Assembly: GCA_963707025.1 (NCBI GenBank)
Contig: CAVPOM010000018.1
Coordinates: 96,001 to 160,000, forward strand
Reading direction: 5' to 3'
Origin: an uncultured Verrucomicrobiae bacterium
GTDB taxonomy: Bacteria > Verrucomicrobiota > Verrucomicrobiia > Limisphaerales > Palsa-1400
Length of the DNA: 64,000 nucleotides
The notes below the pieces were generated by a model that worked only from the letters and a program-made list of their open reading frames with translations, had not been told where the DNA came from and did no database searches. Made by a program: the position numbers and the translations under genes. This document shows, in pieces, positions 1-11,352 of the stretch; position 1 is the stretch's first letter, and every line of letters starts with the position of its first letter.

Positions 1-176
1 GTTTTCATGTTTCATTAGACGCAAGCCTTGCGCTATTACTCCCGAGAAAAGCAAGGGAACAGGTCTGTCCCGCATAATCCCGTGCTCTGCTGCGGTTGCC
101 TCCACGGGTGAATTGGCTTGTCGCGGCTTGGATTCCAGGGCATGAAATGGACCTCAACAAAGATGTTGTCTGCCAT

Positions 177-1520
177 ATGAATGCTGCCGCGCCCGCCCGC
201 CCTGTTTTCACGTCCCGAGGCCAATTCCTCTTTCTGCTGGCGGCGATGGCAGGCGGCCTGGCGGCCAATGCCGCCGCCCTGGCGGACCCGGCCGCGGAAC
301 TGTTTTGGCCGCAGTGGCGGGGGCCGCTCTCGACGGGTGACGCGCCCCGCGCGGACCCGCCGTTGACTTGGAGCGAAACCAATAACGTCAAGTGGAAAAC
401 CATGATCCCCGGCGAGGGCGATTCCACGCCCATCGTCTGGGGCTTCCGCGTTTTTCTCCTGGCGGCCATTCCGCACGGAACGAATGCCGCCGCGCCCGCC
501 GCGCCGCAGGCCCCGTCTGAGAGTTACCAATTCGCCGTCCTCTGCCTGGACCGCGCCAGCGGCAAAATCCTCTGGCAACGAATCGCCCGCCAGGAGGCGC
601 CGCACGAGGGGCGTCAAGAGAACAACACTTTCGCCTCCGCCTCCCCGGTCACCGATGGCCAGCGGCTGCTGGCTTACTTTGGCTCGCGCGGGCTGCACTG
701 TTATGACTTCGAGGGCCATTTGCAGTGGGAAAAGGATTTCGGCAAAATGAAGACCAAAATGGGGTTTGGGGAAGGCGCCTCTCCGGCCCTGTGGGGCGAC
801 AAGGTCGTCGTCAATTGGGACCAGGAAGGCGGTGGCTTCATTGTCGCGCTGGACACGGCCTCCGGCCGCGAACTGTGGCGGCGCTCGCGCGATGAAGCCA
901 CCGGCTGGTCCACGCCGCTGATCGTCGAATACAATGGCCAGCGGCAGGTCATCGTCAACGCCACGAAAAAAGTCCGCGCCTACGATCTGGCCGGCGGCAA
1001 GGAGCTTTGGTCCTGCTCAGGACAGACCGACAACGCCATTCCCAGCCCCGTGGCCGCGGGCGGGGTGGTCTATTTGACCAGCGGGTTCAGAGGCAGCGCG
1101 TTGCAGGCCGTCCGCCTGGGACGGGAGGGCGATCTGACCGGCACCGATGCCATTGTCTGGAGCCACGGCCAGAACACCCCTTACGTGCCGTCGCCCTTGC
1201 TGACCGATAAATTTCTCTACGTCATTTCCGGTAACGACGCCATTGTTTCGTGCTTCGAGGCCGGCAGCGGCCAGGTTTATTTCGAGCATGAGAGGCTGGC
1301 GGGGGTTTACGGGGTCTATGCCTCCCCGGTGGCGGCGCGGGACCGGGTTTATATCCTGAGCCGGGAAGGCGCGTGCGTTGTGCTGAAAAAAGGCCCCGCG
1401 CCAGTGGTGCTGGCAGTCAACAAAGTAGCCGACGACCATTCCGACGCCTCTCTCGCGCTGACGGAGAAGGACCTTTTCCTCCGCACCCGGCACAGTCTTT
1501 ATTGCCTGTCCCAACCCTGA
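177..1520 (+). CDS. PQQ-binding-like beta-propeller repeat protein (BamB-like, exported)
   Basis: Signal-like N-terminus; WPQWRGP, NVKWK, SSPI/ASPV-type repeats and G..LW beta-propeller motifs; start 147 or 177 uncertain. Confidence 0.85.
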   Translation: MNAAAPARPVFTSRGQFLFLLAAMAGGLAANAAALADPAAELFWPQWRGPLSTGDAPRADPPLTWSETNNVKWKTMIPGEGDSTPIVWGFRVFLLAAIPHGTNAAAPAAPQAPSESYQFAVLCLDRASGKILWQRIARQEAPHEGRQENNTFASASPVTDGQRLLAYFGSRGLHCYDFEGHLQWEKDFGKMKTKMGFGEGASPALWGDKVVVNWDQEGGGFIVALDTASGRELWRRSRDEATGWSTPLIVEYNGQRQVIVNATKKVRAYDLAGGKELWSCSGQTDNAIPSPVAAGGVVYLTSGFRGSALQAVRLGREGDLTGTDAIVWSHGQNTPYVPSPLLTDKFLYVISGNDAIVSCFEAGSGQVYFEHERLAGVYGVYASPVAARDRVYILSREGACVVLKKGPAPVVLAVNKVADDHSDASLALTEKDLFLRTRHSLYCLSQP

Positions 1521-1859
1521 CGCATATTCAGTTCGTTCAGCCCCTGTTCCGTTTCGGATAACCCGGCGATGCCCGTCACGCCCAACGCGGCCGGCTTTTC
1601 GCATTCCGCATCCGCCCTCTGCTGCGCCGCAGATGGTCCGCCGGGTCGAAGGCCGCTTCGAGCAACTCTTGGAATCGTGGTCATGACGCCTCGAGGAACG
1701 CCGGATGATAAACCACCTCTGTGCGACCCCGCCATGGGGTGTAACCCTGCCGCGGATGATGGGAGGTGCTTTCCAAAGGCTGACCCGGCGGCGGAAAAAT
1801 TGAAAAATCAAACAACCCCGTGACACTGTGGCAGTGCCGCACAAACCGGAGTTTCAGCC

Positions 1860-2348
1860 CTATGCGGCTGATTCCATCCCTGGCGCAGAACCATTGCCGC
1901 CGGGCGCAGTCTGGGCCGGGCCGCGGCTGGCGTCGTTGCCGGGGGCATCCCGCCAAGATGTGGCGGCCGGGTCGCCCAAGCGGGACGCCAACAGCCGGGT
2001 GACCATCCGGCGGCATTCCTCCCGCCGCTGGTCCAGCTTCCTGCGATAGAGCGTCCCCAGGCCCACAAACGCCAGCAGGCTGATGAGCGAGCCGACACCC
2101 AGGGCGCAATCCAGTTTCACGATGGATTGGGGCGCGCTGTAGGGAAAGTTGGCCAGCAAAATCGCCGGATAGGCAAGGCCCATCAAAGCGAGCGCGGTCA
2201 AGATGGCCATCAGCCAGGCCGCGCGTTGCACACAGCGCTCGTCGCGCTGGAACTGAGTGATCTCCTGCTCCAGTTTCTGGCGCCCGCCGCTTTGCTCGTA
2301 ACGAAGGCAATGCTTCAGAAACTCCGTTTGTAGGTGGTGGTCGCGCAT
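1860..2348 (-). CDS. Hypothetical two-TM membrane protein
   Basis: MRDHHLQTEFLKHCL... ORF with two hydrophobic segments flanked by charged helices. Confidence 0.65.
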   Translation of the reverse strand: MRDHHLQTEFLKHCLRYEQSGGRQKLEQEITQFQRDERCVQRAAWLMAILTALALMGLAYPAILLANFPYSAPQSIVKLDCALGVGSLISLLAFVGLGTLYRRKLDQRREECRRMVTRLLASRLGDPAATSWRDAPGNDASRGPAQTAPGGNGSAPGMESAA

Positions 2349-2454
2349 GATGGTTGAGACTCCTGCGTTCCTTTCAAGGCAAGGCCCGCGCGCGCCTGCC
2401 ACCGGGCGGAGCGGTCGTGGATTGCCGTGAGGGCCGTTGGTTTCATGATATTCT

Positions 2455-2721
2455 TCAAATCGTCCGGTCACTGCGCCGCTGGTTCACCTGAAGTCTTTCA
2501 TGGGCATGCGCCGGCCTTTTTGCGGATTGTGCGCCTTCGCGCAGATTCCGCGCCAAACCCCTGAAATAGAAACGGGCGGCACCAGGGTGATGACAAAGGC
2601 ATTTTAAGTGCAAGACAGCCCGGCCCAGCGGAGTCAGGGATAAGGTGGCGGCGCTCATGGGGAGTTTGACGTTCCGGGCCTCTCCGGCGCGCCGCGCCCG
2701 TGGCTCCATTGTTTTCATCAT
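2455..2721 (-). CDS. Small hypothetical protein
   Basis: ORF co-oriented with 1860..2348, preceded by a purine-rich RBS-like stretch and the repeated operator-like motif. Confidence 0.45.
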   Translation of the reverse strand: MMKTMEPRARRAGEARNVKLPMSAATLSLTPLGRAVLHLKCLCHHPGAARFYFRGLARNLREGAQSAKRPAHAHERLQVNQRRSDRTI

Positions 2722-2798
2722 GCGGGTCTCTTTCTTCTTTTGACGCGTTTTACTTCTGCTCAGCCGATGCAAACTACGCGCCGGCCGGGGCGTTGGCT

Positions 2799-2813
2799 AT
2801 GGGGTGTTCACCT
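2799..2813. promoter_or_regulatory. Candidate NarL/LuxR-type operator ATGGGGTGWWCMCCT (other copies 1734-1748, 5561-5575)
   Basis: Three near-identical semi-palindromic 15-mers around the two-component locus. Confidence 0.5.
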
Positions 2814-2916
2814 TATATGCAGATGGACGCCAATACGCGATACTTCCCTTGCCTGGGCGGTTTGAGCTTGAGAGATGCAACCTTGCGGAGAGACCCGCTG
2901 AAGCCGGCATGAGAGC

Positions 2917-3616
2917 ATGAAACAAAAACTCAATGGTTTGTCGCAACGATATGTGGCGGCGTTGCGCCAGCATCTAAAGCGGGGTCCGCGCGCGAGCTTG
3001 TCGCCGGCCATGGCCCTGGGACGCCGGGCAGTCGTCCTGGGCCTGGAGACGCTGGAAGTGGCCCGGATGCACGAGGGAGCGATCACCCTGCTGAAACTGT
3101 CCGGCGGCAAAAACGCGATGATCAAGCGGGCGGAAATTTTTTTTATGGAGGCGATCACCCCGATCGTGGAAACCCATCGCGCCGCCCGCCAGAGCAAAAT
3201 TGACTTGCACCGGCTGGGCCACGCGCTGAGCCGACGCACGGCGGAACTGGCCGCCACCAACCGTCAGTTGCGATGGAGCATCGCACGGCGCAAGCGCGTG
3301 GAAGCCGCCCTCGACAAAAGCGGGAAACGCTACACCAGGCTGTTGCGGGATTCCCTGCATTTACAGGAAAGTTTGCGGCAACTGGCGCACGAAGTGCTGG
3401 CGGCGCAGGAAGTTGAACGCCACAAGATCAGCCACGAGCTGCAGGACCAAATCGCCCAGACTTTGTTGGGCATTAATGTCCGGTTGCTCTCGTTGAAAAG
3501 AGGGGCGAAAATCAACACCACGGGCCTCAAGAATGAAATCGCCAGCACGCAGCGGCTTGGTGGTAAACTCAGCCCAGTCCGTGCGGCGGGCCGCCCGCCA
3601 ATTTAGGAACCCATGA
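2917..3616 (+). CDS. Truncated histidine-kinase paralog (RsbU-N-like + HisKA_3, no ATPase domain, H-box His replaced by Gln); +1 frameshift near 3558
   Basis: Paralogous to the next gene; HELQDQIAQ versus RELHDVIAQ; removing one T at ~3558 gives QRLVVNSAQSVRRAARQFRNP* with ATGA overlap onto 3613. Confidence 0.75.
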
Positions 3617-4788
3617 AAGGCAAACTCCTCGACTTGCCACGACGCTATCAGGCGGCGTTGCAAACGCATCTGAAGCAGGGGCGCCAGGCGGGCCTGGAGT
3701 CGGCGCGAGGACTGGGGAGCCAGGCCCTGGCGGCCGGACTGCAAACGCTGGACCTGGCCAAGCTCCACGAGCAAACCTTGCTCAAGCAGGTCTTGCCCGG
3801 CTGCCCGGCGAACAAACGCGCCGCCCTCATCAAGCAGGCGGGGATTTTCTTTGCCGCGGCGGTCACCCCGATTGAGAAAACCCATCGCAGCGCGCGGGAG
3901 GCCGCCGTCCACCTTCAAAAATTCATTGAGGCGCTGAGCCAGCGCACGGTGGAACTGGCCTCTTCCAACCTGGAATTGAGCCACGAGATCAGCCAGCGCA
4001 AGGCGGTGGAGGCGGCGCTCAAAAAAAGCAAGCGCCATTACGCGCAGTTGCTGGAAAAGTCCGAGCGCCTGCAGGAACAATTGCGGGGGTTGTCCCGCCA
4101 GATTCTTTCCGCGCAGGAGCAGGAACGAAAGGAAATCAGCCGCGAACTGCATGATGTCATCGCCCAGACCCTGACGGCCATCAATGTCCGGCTGGCCGCC
4201 TTGAAAAAGGAGGCCGCGGTCAACACCAAGGGGCTGGACCGCAACATCGCCCGCACGCAACGGCTGGTGGAAAAATCGGTGGACATCGTGCATCAGTTCG
4301 CCCGCGAATTGCGCCCGGCGGTTTTGGACGATCTGGGCCTGATCCCCGCGCTGCACTCCTTCATGAAAAACTTCACCGCGCGGACCGGCGTCCGCACCCA
4401 TTTGACGGCCTTTGCGAAAGTGGAAGATCTGGATACGGCCCGGCGCACGGTGCTCTTTCGTGTCGTCCAGGAAGCCCTGACCAATGTGGCCCGCCATGCG
4501 CAAGCCAGCCGGGTGGAAGTGAGCATCCAGCAACTGCCGGACTCTATTTGCATGAAGATATGCGACAACGGCAAATCCTTTGAAGTGGAACGTGTGCTGC
4601 ATGCGCGCGGCGGCAATCGCCTGGGTTTGCTCGGCATGAGGGAACGATTGGAGATGGTGGGCGGTCGTTTCGATGTCCAGTCCGTCCCGGGCAACGGCAC
4701 CACCATCACCGCGCAACTTCGGCCCGGGAAAGGCGCGGGGGGTGGAAGCAGTCGTGGCGCCGCTGAAACCAAATTGAAAAGTCTATGA
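3613..4788 (+). CDS. Cytoplasmic NarX/UhpB-type sensor histidine kinase
   Basis: ERKEISRELHDVIAQ H-box, QEALTNVARHA N-box, DNGKSF, GLLGMRER, PGNGT. Confidence 0.93.
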   Translation: MKGKLLDLPRRYQAALQTHLKQGRQAGLESARGLGSQALAAGLQTLDLAKLHEQTLLKQVLPGCPANKRAALIKQAGIFFAAAVTPIEKTHRSAREAAVHLQKFIEALSQRTVELASSNLELSHEISQRKAVEAALKKSKRHYAQLLEKSERLQEQLRGLSRQILSAQEQERKEISRELHDVIAQTLTAINVRLAALKKEAAVNTKGLDRNIARTQRLVEKSVDIVHQFARELRPAVLDDLGLIPALHSFMKNFTARTGVRTHLTAFAKVEDLDTARRTVLFRVVQEALTNVARHAQASRVEVSIQQLPDSICMKICDNGKSFEVERVLHARGGNRLGLLGMRERLEMVGGRFDVQSVPGNGTTITAQLRPGKGAGGGSSRGAAETKLKSL

Positions 4789-5462
4789 AACGAATAACTG
4801 TTGTGCTGGCGGAAGACCATACCATTGTGCGCGAGGGCTTTCGCATGATGCTCGAACTGGATCCCGATCTGGAAGTCGTTGGCGAAGCCCAAGACGGCCG
4901 CCAGGCCGTCGCCCTGGCCACAAAACTTCAACCCAATGTGGTCTTGATGGACATTGCCATGCCCCTGCTCAATGGTTTGGAAGCCACCCGCCAGGTGCGC
5001 AAAGCCGTCCCGGCCACCAAAGTCCTCATGCTCTCCGCGCACAGCGATGACGCCTACGTGAAAAGCGCCGCCGAATCCGGCGCCGTGGGATTTTTGCTCA
5101 AACAAACCTCCTCCCACGATGTCTGCCATGCGATTCGGCAAGTCCATGCCGGGAAAACGTTTTTCAGTCCCTCCGTCGCCCGGCGCCAGGATCGGCTCCA
5201 GCCGAAATCGCTGGATCGCTCCGGGCGGCTTCACAAAACCGTGGCGCCACTGACTTCGCGCGAGATGGAGGTGCTCCAACTCATCGCCGAAGGCAAGGCC
5301 AACAAGGCAACCGCCGCGGAACTGGGCATCAGCATGAAGACCGTGGAGAAGCATCGCGAGAATCTCATGGCCAAGCTCGACATCCACGACACCGCCGGGC
5401 TGACCCGTTACGCCATCAGCGCGGGCATCATCGAGAACAGCGTCCAGTTGACCATTGTCTGA
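4785..5462 (+). CDS. NarL/LuxR-family response regulator
   Basis: REC domain (LAEDH, LMDIAMP) plus LTSREMEVL...TVEKHRENLMAKL HTH. Confidence 0.95.
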   Translation: MKRITVVLAEDHTIVREGFRMMLELDPDLEVVGEAQDGRQAVALATKLQPNVVLMDIAMPLLNGLEATRQVRKAVPATKVLMLSAHSDDAYVKSAAESGAVGFLLKQTSSHDVCHAIRQVHAGKTFFSPSVARRQDRLQPKSLDRSGRLHKTVAPLTSREMEVLQLIAEGKANKATAAELGISMKTVEKHRENLMAKLDIHDTAGLTRYAISAGIIENSVQLTIV

Positions 5463-5733
5463 CGCAGAAAACCCTCCTCCCCCATCCAGGAAGAGGCTTT
5501 GGTCGGCAAGAGGCCCGCAAATTGAACGGGAATAGCTGAGACCGATTCGGCAACTCCGGCATGGGGTGAACACCTTGTAGCGCCCGCACAGTTCTCCAGC
5601 ACTATGAAGCCATGACGCGGCGCACCGCCAGAAGCGCAAAAACCGGACATAAACCGGCCGGCAAAGTTTTTTCAAGCGCAAAGGTGGAAGGCGATAAACC
5701 AGCAAAACCCACTAATTTACAGGCATTTTTGAA

Positions 5734-5809
5734 TGGTGGGCCCAACTGGATTTGAACCAGTGACCAAGCGATTATGAGTCGCTTGCTCTAACCGCTGAGC
5801 TATGGGCCC
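5734..5809 (-). tRNA. tRNA-Ile2 (CAU anticodon, lysidine type; Met not fully excluded)
   Basis: GGGCCCATAGCTCAGCGGTTAGAGCAAGCGACTCATAATCGCTTGG...TTCAAATCC...GGGCCCACCA cloverleaf with CCA end. Confidence 0.9.
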
Positions 5810-5846
5810 AAGTAATTTAAAATGAATCACTTATGAATCTGTATTC

Positions 5847-6006
5847 AATGAGAACTTGACAACCTGATACTGCGTGAATGAAGACAAAAACCAGCGAGTC
5901 ACGGCGGGCAAGCAGCCCGGTTGCCAATCTGGTTCGTTACGTTCCATCCGGGTTTTATTTTGCGCGGGCGCGGGTAAGCGGCAAGCTTATTCGCCGGTCG
6001 CGCAAG
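5847..6006 (+). repeat. Direct repeat copy 1: promoter plus N-terminal remnant of a tyrosine integrase
   Basis: Near-identical to 17141-17300; encodes ANLVRYVPSGFYFARARVSGKLIRRS, an integrase arm-like N-terminus. Confidence 0.8.
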
Positions 6007-6099
6007 CCGAAAACCTCGGGCATTGGACAATTTGGCAGTACCAACTTCGAGATTTACGTCCTGCTGATGGTGTATCACCCCTTCATTGAGCAACTCGGT

Positions 6100-7980
6100 T
6101 CAGGCATAGACCAGGAGATCGATGTCGTCGGGCAGGTTGTCGGAGATTTCCCGAATGATGTTGCCGCGAAGAAGATGTGACAGGCCATGTCGCTCGGGTG
6201 CGCCCAAAATCAGATGCGAGGCTCCCATCGTCGCGGTGATGTCCACAATCGTGTGCGCCACGGAGTCGCTCACGGCATAACAGGGAAAGACGGGGTGGGT
6301 GCCGGCTTTTTTCCTTGCTTCAAGGAAGATTTCCCGCGCCTCGGGGTCGTCCTGCCATTTGCGTTTATAGTCGTCCGACGTTAAGACCGGGACAGTGCGG
6401 ATGAACAGGAGGTAGAGCGGGCGGTTGCTTTGCCGGGCTTCCCTAATGGCGAAGTCGAGCGTCTTTCCCAAGCCTCGGACGGCGCACATCATGGGCGAGC
6501 CGGAAACCTCCTGGGAGGGAAAAGTGAACGTAGCGGGTGGCGGCTGGGTGGGGCGCGTGATCGCGGCCGTTTGTCCGGCCATAGCGGGGGCGGCGGCGGC
6601 GGCGGCGGCGGCGGTTTTTTGGCGGTGGGAATGTTCGAGGGCCAATCCACGCATGATCAATCCAATCAGTAGAACGGTGCTGGCAAAGATGCGGGCGTTG
6701 GGCTTGTCGGCGAACAACGACAATTCGATGGCCAGCATGATGAGAAACGTGCAAAACATTAGCACGCGCTCCCACCGCGCCAGGCCCAATTTCCGGTCCG
6801 TGGCGCTGGCTCCGAGGTTGGTGGCGATGGCCCCAACCACGCCCACGGCATAAAGTTCGGCCAAACCGCCCATATCTTTCACCGCAAGGACGAGGAACGC
6901 CGGCACCAGCGACGCCGCGAACAGACCCACATTGGGCACGCCAAAACTGTTGAGGCGCTGGAATTGCGGTGGCAATTCCGCGTCCCGCGACATGAGGAAA
7001 GTGATGCCGACAAGAGCGACAATCGCCGTATTCACAGCCGAGAGGAGAAGGAACCCAAAAACGATGCTAATGATCAGACCTGCAATGTGTCCGGCCCAGA
7101 TGGAGTGGAACTCGCCACTCACGAATTGCTCGCCCATGTATTTGAGCATGTAGTCGCGCACACCAGCATGTCCGGGGGCGTTGACTTGAGCGGGTTGGCC
7201 GGCAACGGTGATCTGGGTCGTCAGGTTGGGCAGAGCATGCATGGCCAAACTGAGCAAGGCGGTGAAAATGCAGACCTCCAGAAGGACCCACAGGATGGCG
7301 CGGGTGGAAGTTTTGGAAACATTGGGGTTGGCCTCGCTACAGCCGGGGTTGAGTTTCATCACGCCTGTGGAGTTGGCAATGGCCTCGACGCCGGAAAGGG
7401 CCAGGACGACACCGACAAATCCATTCCAATTTTTGACGAAACCGCCCTGGAGCGGTTGCAAGTTATCCACCGCCGTCCCCAAATGCGGAAGGGAGAAAAG
7501 CGCCAGCAGCGCCACCGCCGTCATCGTCGGCACCGAGACCAGGAACGCAAGGCCGCCGGTGTGTTTGGGACCGAAGTAGTTCAGGCATCCGATGAAAAGA
7601 ATGGCCAGAGCGGCACAGATGTCGGGGTGCGAGACCCCCAGGTATTGAAAGGCCGACAGTGAGCTAATCGCTGCTGTCACAATGTAATCCGCGATCAACA
7701 AGAAAGCGCCGACAATCGAAATGATCTCCGACCGATGTCGGACACTGGCATAGACGCCGCCACCGTCCGGATAATGCTTGCAGATGGCCATGTAGTTGAC
7801 CCCCACCAGGGCGGTCAGCAGGCACATGGCCGCGATCAACCAGAACGAACTATAACCGCCCACGGCAAAGGCGATGCCGATAACATAGGCTTTGCTGGTG
7901 CCCCAGTCCCCGTACAGAATGGCGGCTGCCCGAGGAGCATCCACATTACGCGGTCGTCGCGTGCTGGTAGTCAGGGTCAT
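6100..7980 (-). CDS. APC-family permease with C-terminal universal-stress-protein domain
   Basis: GDWGTSKAY, YPDGGGVY, LSGVEAIAN motifs, about 12 TM segments, USP tail ending LLRGNIIREISDNLPDDIDLLVYA. Confidence 0.88.
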   Translation of the reverse strand: MTLTTSTRRPRNVDAPRAAAILYGDWGTSKAYVIGIAFAVGGYSSFWLIAAMCLLTALVGVNYMAICKHYPDGGGVYASVRHRSEIISIVGAFLLIADYIVTAAISSLSAFQYLGVSHPDICAALAILFIGCLNYFGPKHTGGLAFLVSVPTMTAVALLALFSLPHLGTAVDNLQPLQGGFVKNWNGFVGVVLALSGVEAIANSTGVMKLNPGCSEANPNVSKTSTRAILWVLLEVCIFTALLSLAMHALPNLTTQITVAGQPAQVNAPGHAGVRDYMLKYMGEQFVSGEFHSIWAGHIAGLIISIVFGFLLLSAVNTAIVALVGITFLMSRDAELPPQFQRLNSFGVPNVGLFAASLVPAFLVLAVKDMGGLAELYAVGVVGAIATNLGASATDRKLGLARWERVLMFCTFLIMLAIELSLFADKPNARIFASTVLLIGLIMRGLALEHSHRQKTAAAAAAAAPAMAGQTAAITRPTQPPPATFTFPSQEVSGSPMMCAVRGLGKTLDFAIREARQSNRPLYLLFIRTVPVLTSDDYKRKWQDDPEAREIFLEARKKAGTHPVFPCYAVSDSVAHTIVDITATMGASHLILGAPERHGLSHLLRGNIIREISDNLPDDIDLLVYA

Positions 7981-8078
7981 TGGGTTGGGCTAAAAACATC
8001 GCGCGGGAGCATACCTGTATCCGGGCCAACCTCAAGCACGGATTGGAAAGCCGCTCGCAAGCCCTGCGTGGAAGATGC

Positions 8079-8459
<381 letters not shown>

Positions 8460-8475
8460 TCATGCACAATGGATA

Positions 8476-8492
8476 AGCAAAGTTAATGCCAA
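8476..8492 (-). promoter_or_regulatory. Sigma-54 (-24/-12) promoter for the P-II/APC operon
   Basis: Minus strand TTGGCATTAACTTTGCT; GG-N10-GC spacing, about 60 bp before the start codon. Confidence 0.75.
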
Positions 8493-8699
8493 GAAAATCA
8501 GAGATGCTCTCCTTGTGCTTGAAATAAATTCAAAACCAGCTTCCGAGCGTGGAGAACAGGTTGAACTTTCAGTAAAATCAAGCAGGGTGGTCAAAAGGAG
8601 CCAAAGCGGTGAGCATCAAGTTTTCAGTATCAATTTGGGAAGTGCATTAACTGCGAGAAATGATGCTGAATTTGAAACACGCTGGAGTAATATCAAGGC

Positions 8700-11352
8700 G
8701 TGACGGACGGGATTTCGCCTGATTCAGCGCCGACTGCTCCTCCGGCCCGCAGCCCTGAACGGCGCGGGAAGCGGGCCAAGCTGAGGGTGTTCCTTGGTTT
8801 TGGACCGGGAGTCGGCAAGACTGCTGCCATGTTGGAAGCGGCGTTGGCGGAGAAGCTGGCCGGAACGTCAGGTCGTCGTCGGCGTTGCCAATCGTCGAGG
8901 TGGGCGCGCGGTGGACGCTTTGTTGGGACGGCTTCCATGGGTGCGCAAGGAACAGGGCGGGCCGGAGGGTGAAATGGACTTGGGGGCGGTGCTCACGCGG
9001 CGGCCGGACATTGTTGTTGTGGACGAACTCGCCCATGCCAACAGCGGCGCATCGCGTCACCTCAGCCGTTTCCAAGACGTGCAGGAGTTGCTGGATTCGG
9101 GTATTGATGTTTACACCACTCTCAATATATATGAAATCACCAGCCGCGCGGACCTGTTGCGGCCAATTGCCGGGATCGCCAGCCGACACGTTGTTCCTGA
9201 CAGCATCCTGGATCATGCAGCCATTGATTTGGTTGATTTGGCGCCGGAGGATCTGATCCGCCGCCTTCGGCACGGGGACATCCGCCTGCCTGAAGATGGC
9301 GAATTGGCAAAATCGCGCTTTTTCGAGGAAAGCAGCCTCATGGCGTTGAAGGAGATGGCCGCGCGCTTCTTCGCCGAGCGAGTTGCAAAGGAAGCCCAGG
9401 AACTTCGCCAGACCTCCAAATCTCGTGGCCCAGCGAATTCAACCCATCGCATGCTCGTTGCCATCGAGTCTGGCTGGGACCCGAAGCCATTGATTCTTTG
9501 GACTTGCCGGCTCGCTGGAAGTTTGAATGCGGCCTGGATTATTCTCTACGTCGAAACCCCGCGTGGAGCGAGCTTTGAGGAGGAATCGCGCTTGACCCGC
9601 AATCTGGAACTGGCGAGAGAATTGGGGGCTGAAGTCATCACGACGACGGATGCGGATGTCGTGAGCGCGATTTTGCGGGTCGCGTCGGCCCGCAACATCA
9701 CCCAGATCATCGTCGGCAAACCGGGGCCGGCTCCGTGGTGCCATCCGTTTCGGCGCGACAGCGGCATAGCCCGCCTCCTGAGGGAAAGCGGGGAAATTAG
9801 CGTTCACGCCGTGGCTGTCAACCGCAACGCCCCTGCGGCGCCAACCCGCCCCGCCCGCTCCGGGACAGGGTGGCGGCAGTACCTCCTGGTGACTGGCATC
9901 ATGGGTCTGGTGACATTGGCCGGCTTTCCTCTCACGAAATGGATTAGTCCCCATGCCACGGCGTTGCTTTATCTGCTGACGGTGGTCATCCTCGTTTTTG
10001 TCGTGGACCGCGGTCCGTTTCTGGTGGCAGCGGCGGTGAGCGCCCTCAGTTGCGATTACTTTTTTCTCCCCCCGGCTTTTGCGTTCCGTCTTTCGCATCT
10101 CGAGGACGTGATGCTGCTGGCGATGTATTTCTTCGTGGCACTGGTCCTCGGTCATTTGACCGCGCGCCTCCGCGCCCAGGAGGCGGGCGAGCGCCAGCGG
10201 GAGCGCCGCGCCACCGCGCTTTATTTGCTGACTCGCGAATTGGCTGAAGCCACCACCTTGGATCAAATCGTCCGCAAGGTCGTCGAAGAGATGGAGCGCG
10301 CGTTTGATGCAGAAGTCTCCGTCCTGTTGGCCGACAGCGCGGGGCGGTTACAGTTTCCGCCGGCCGGTTCGCCGGTTTCTGGAGAGAAGGATCGTGAGGT
10401 GGCAGCCTGGGTTCTGGAGCATCGTCAACCAGCGGGGAAATTCACCGGCCACCTGCCTATGGCCGGTTCATTGTTTGTCCCGCTCGTCAGCACGAGCGGA
10501 CCCCTGGGCGTGATGGGCCTGCGTCTGCGGCAGCCAGGCCCGCCGACCATTCAACAGCACAATCTGCTGGACGCGCTCAGCCGGCAAATCGCCCTCTCCC
10601 TCGACCGGCAACGCTTGAGCGAGCTTTCCGGCAAGGCCACGTTGCTGGCCGAATCCGAACGCCTGAGCAAGATGCTGCTCGACTCCATGTCTCACGAAAT
10701 CCGCACCCCGCTGGCCGCCATTGAGAACGCCACCAGCAGCCTGGCTGAATTGGGCCACGCCGCCGGGGACGGCGCCGCATTGATCGCCGAAATCCGCGAA
10801 GCCACCGAACGGCTCAACCGTCTGGTCGGAAAGGTCCTCGACATCATGCGTCTGGAAGCCGGTCAAGTCCAACCGTCCTTCTGCGAATGCGATGTTAGCG
10901 AAGTGGTCCATTTTGCCGTGGCTGGGACGGAACGGGAATTGGCACGGCACAAAGTGACCGTCGAAATGGCCGCCGATTTGCCCATGATGCGGCTGGACTT
11001 CGTCTTCTTGCAAGAGGCTCTGATGAACCTGCTCTCTAACGCCGCCCACCACACGCCGCCGGGGACGTTGGTGGAAGTCCGCGTCTGGACTTCCGAGTCC
11101 GCTCTCTTCCTCACGGTGGCGGATCGCGGCCTGGGCATTCCTCCAGAGTCTTTGCCGCGAATCTTTGACAAGTTTTACCGTGGTCCGGGTGCGCCAACTG
11201 GCGGCACAGGCTTGGGACTCTCTCTGGTTCAAGGCTTTGTGGAAGCCCTCGGTGGCACGGTGGCGGCGGCCAACCGCACCGGCGGGGGCGCGGAGTTCAC
11301 CATCCGCCTGCCAATCAAGCAGACTAACTCCCGCGAGCCTGTAGCAATTTGA
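8700..11352 (+). CDS. kdpD: KdpD-type sensor histidine kinase (+1 frameshift at ~8865)
   Basis: LRVFLGFGPGVGKT in the upstream frame; VDELAHAN, USP domain, 4 TM, GAF, SHEIRTPL, GTGLGL in the main frame. Confidence 0.9.

Noticed and set aside
5878..6180. 100-aa ORF as an intact gene
   Set aside because: Only the first ~45 codons are integrase-like; the end runs antisense into the permease gene
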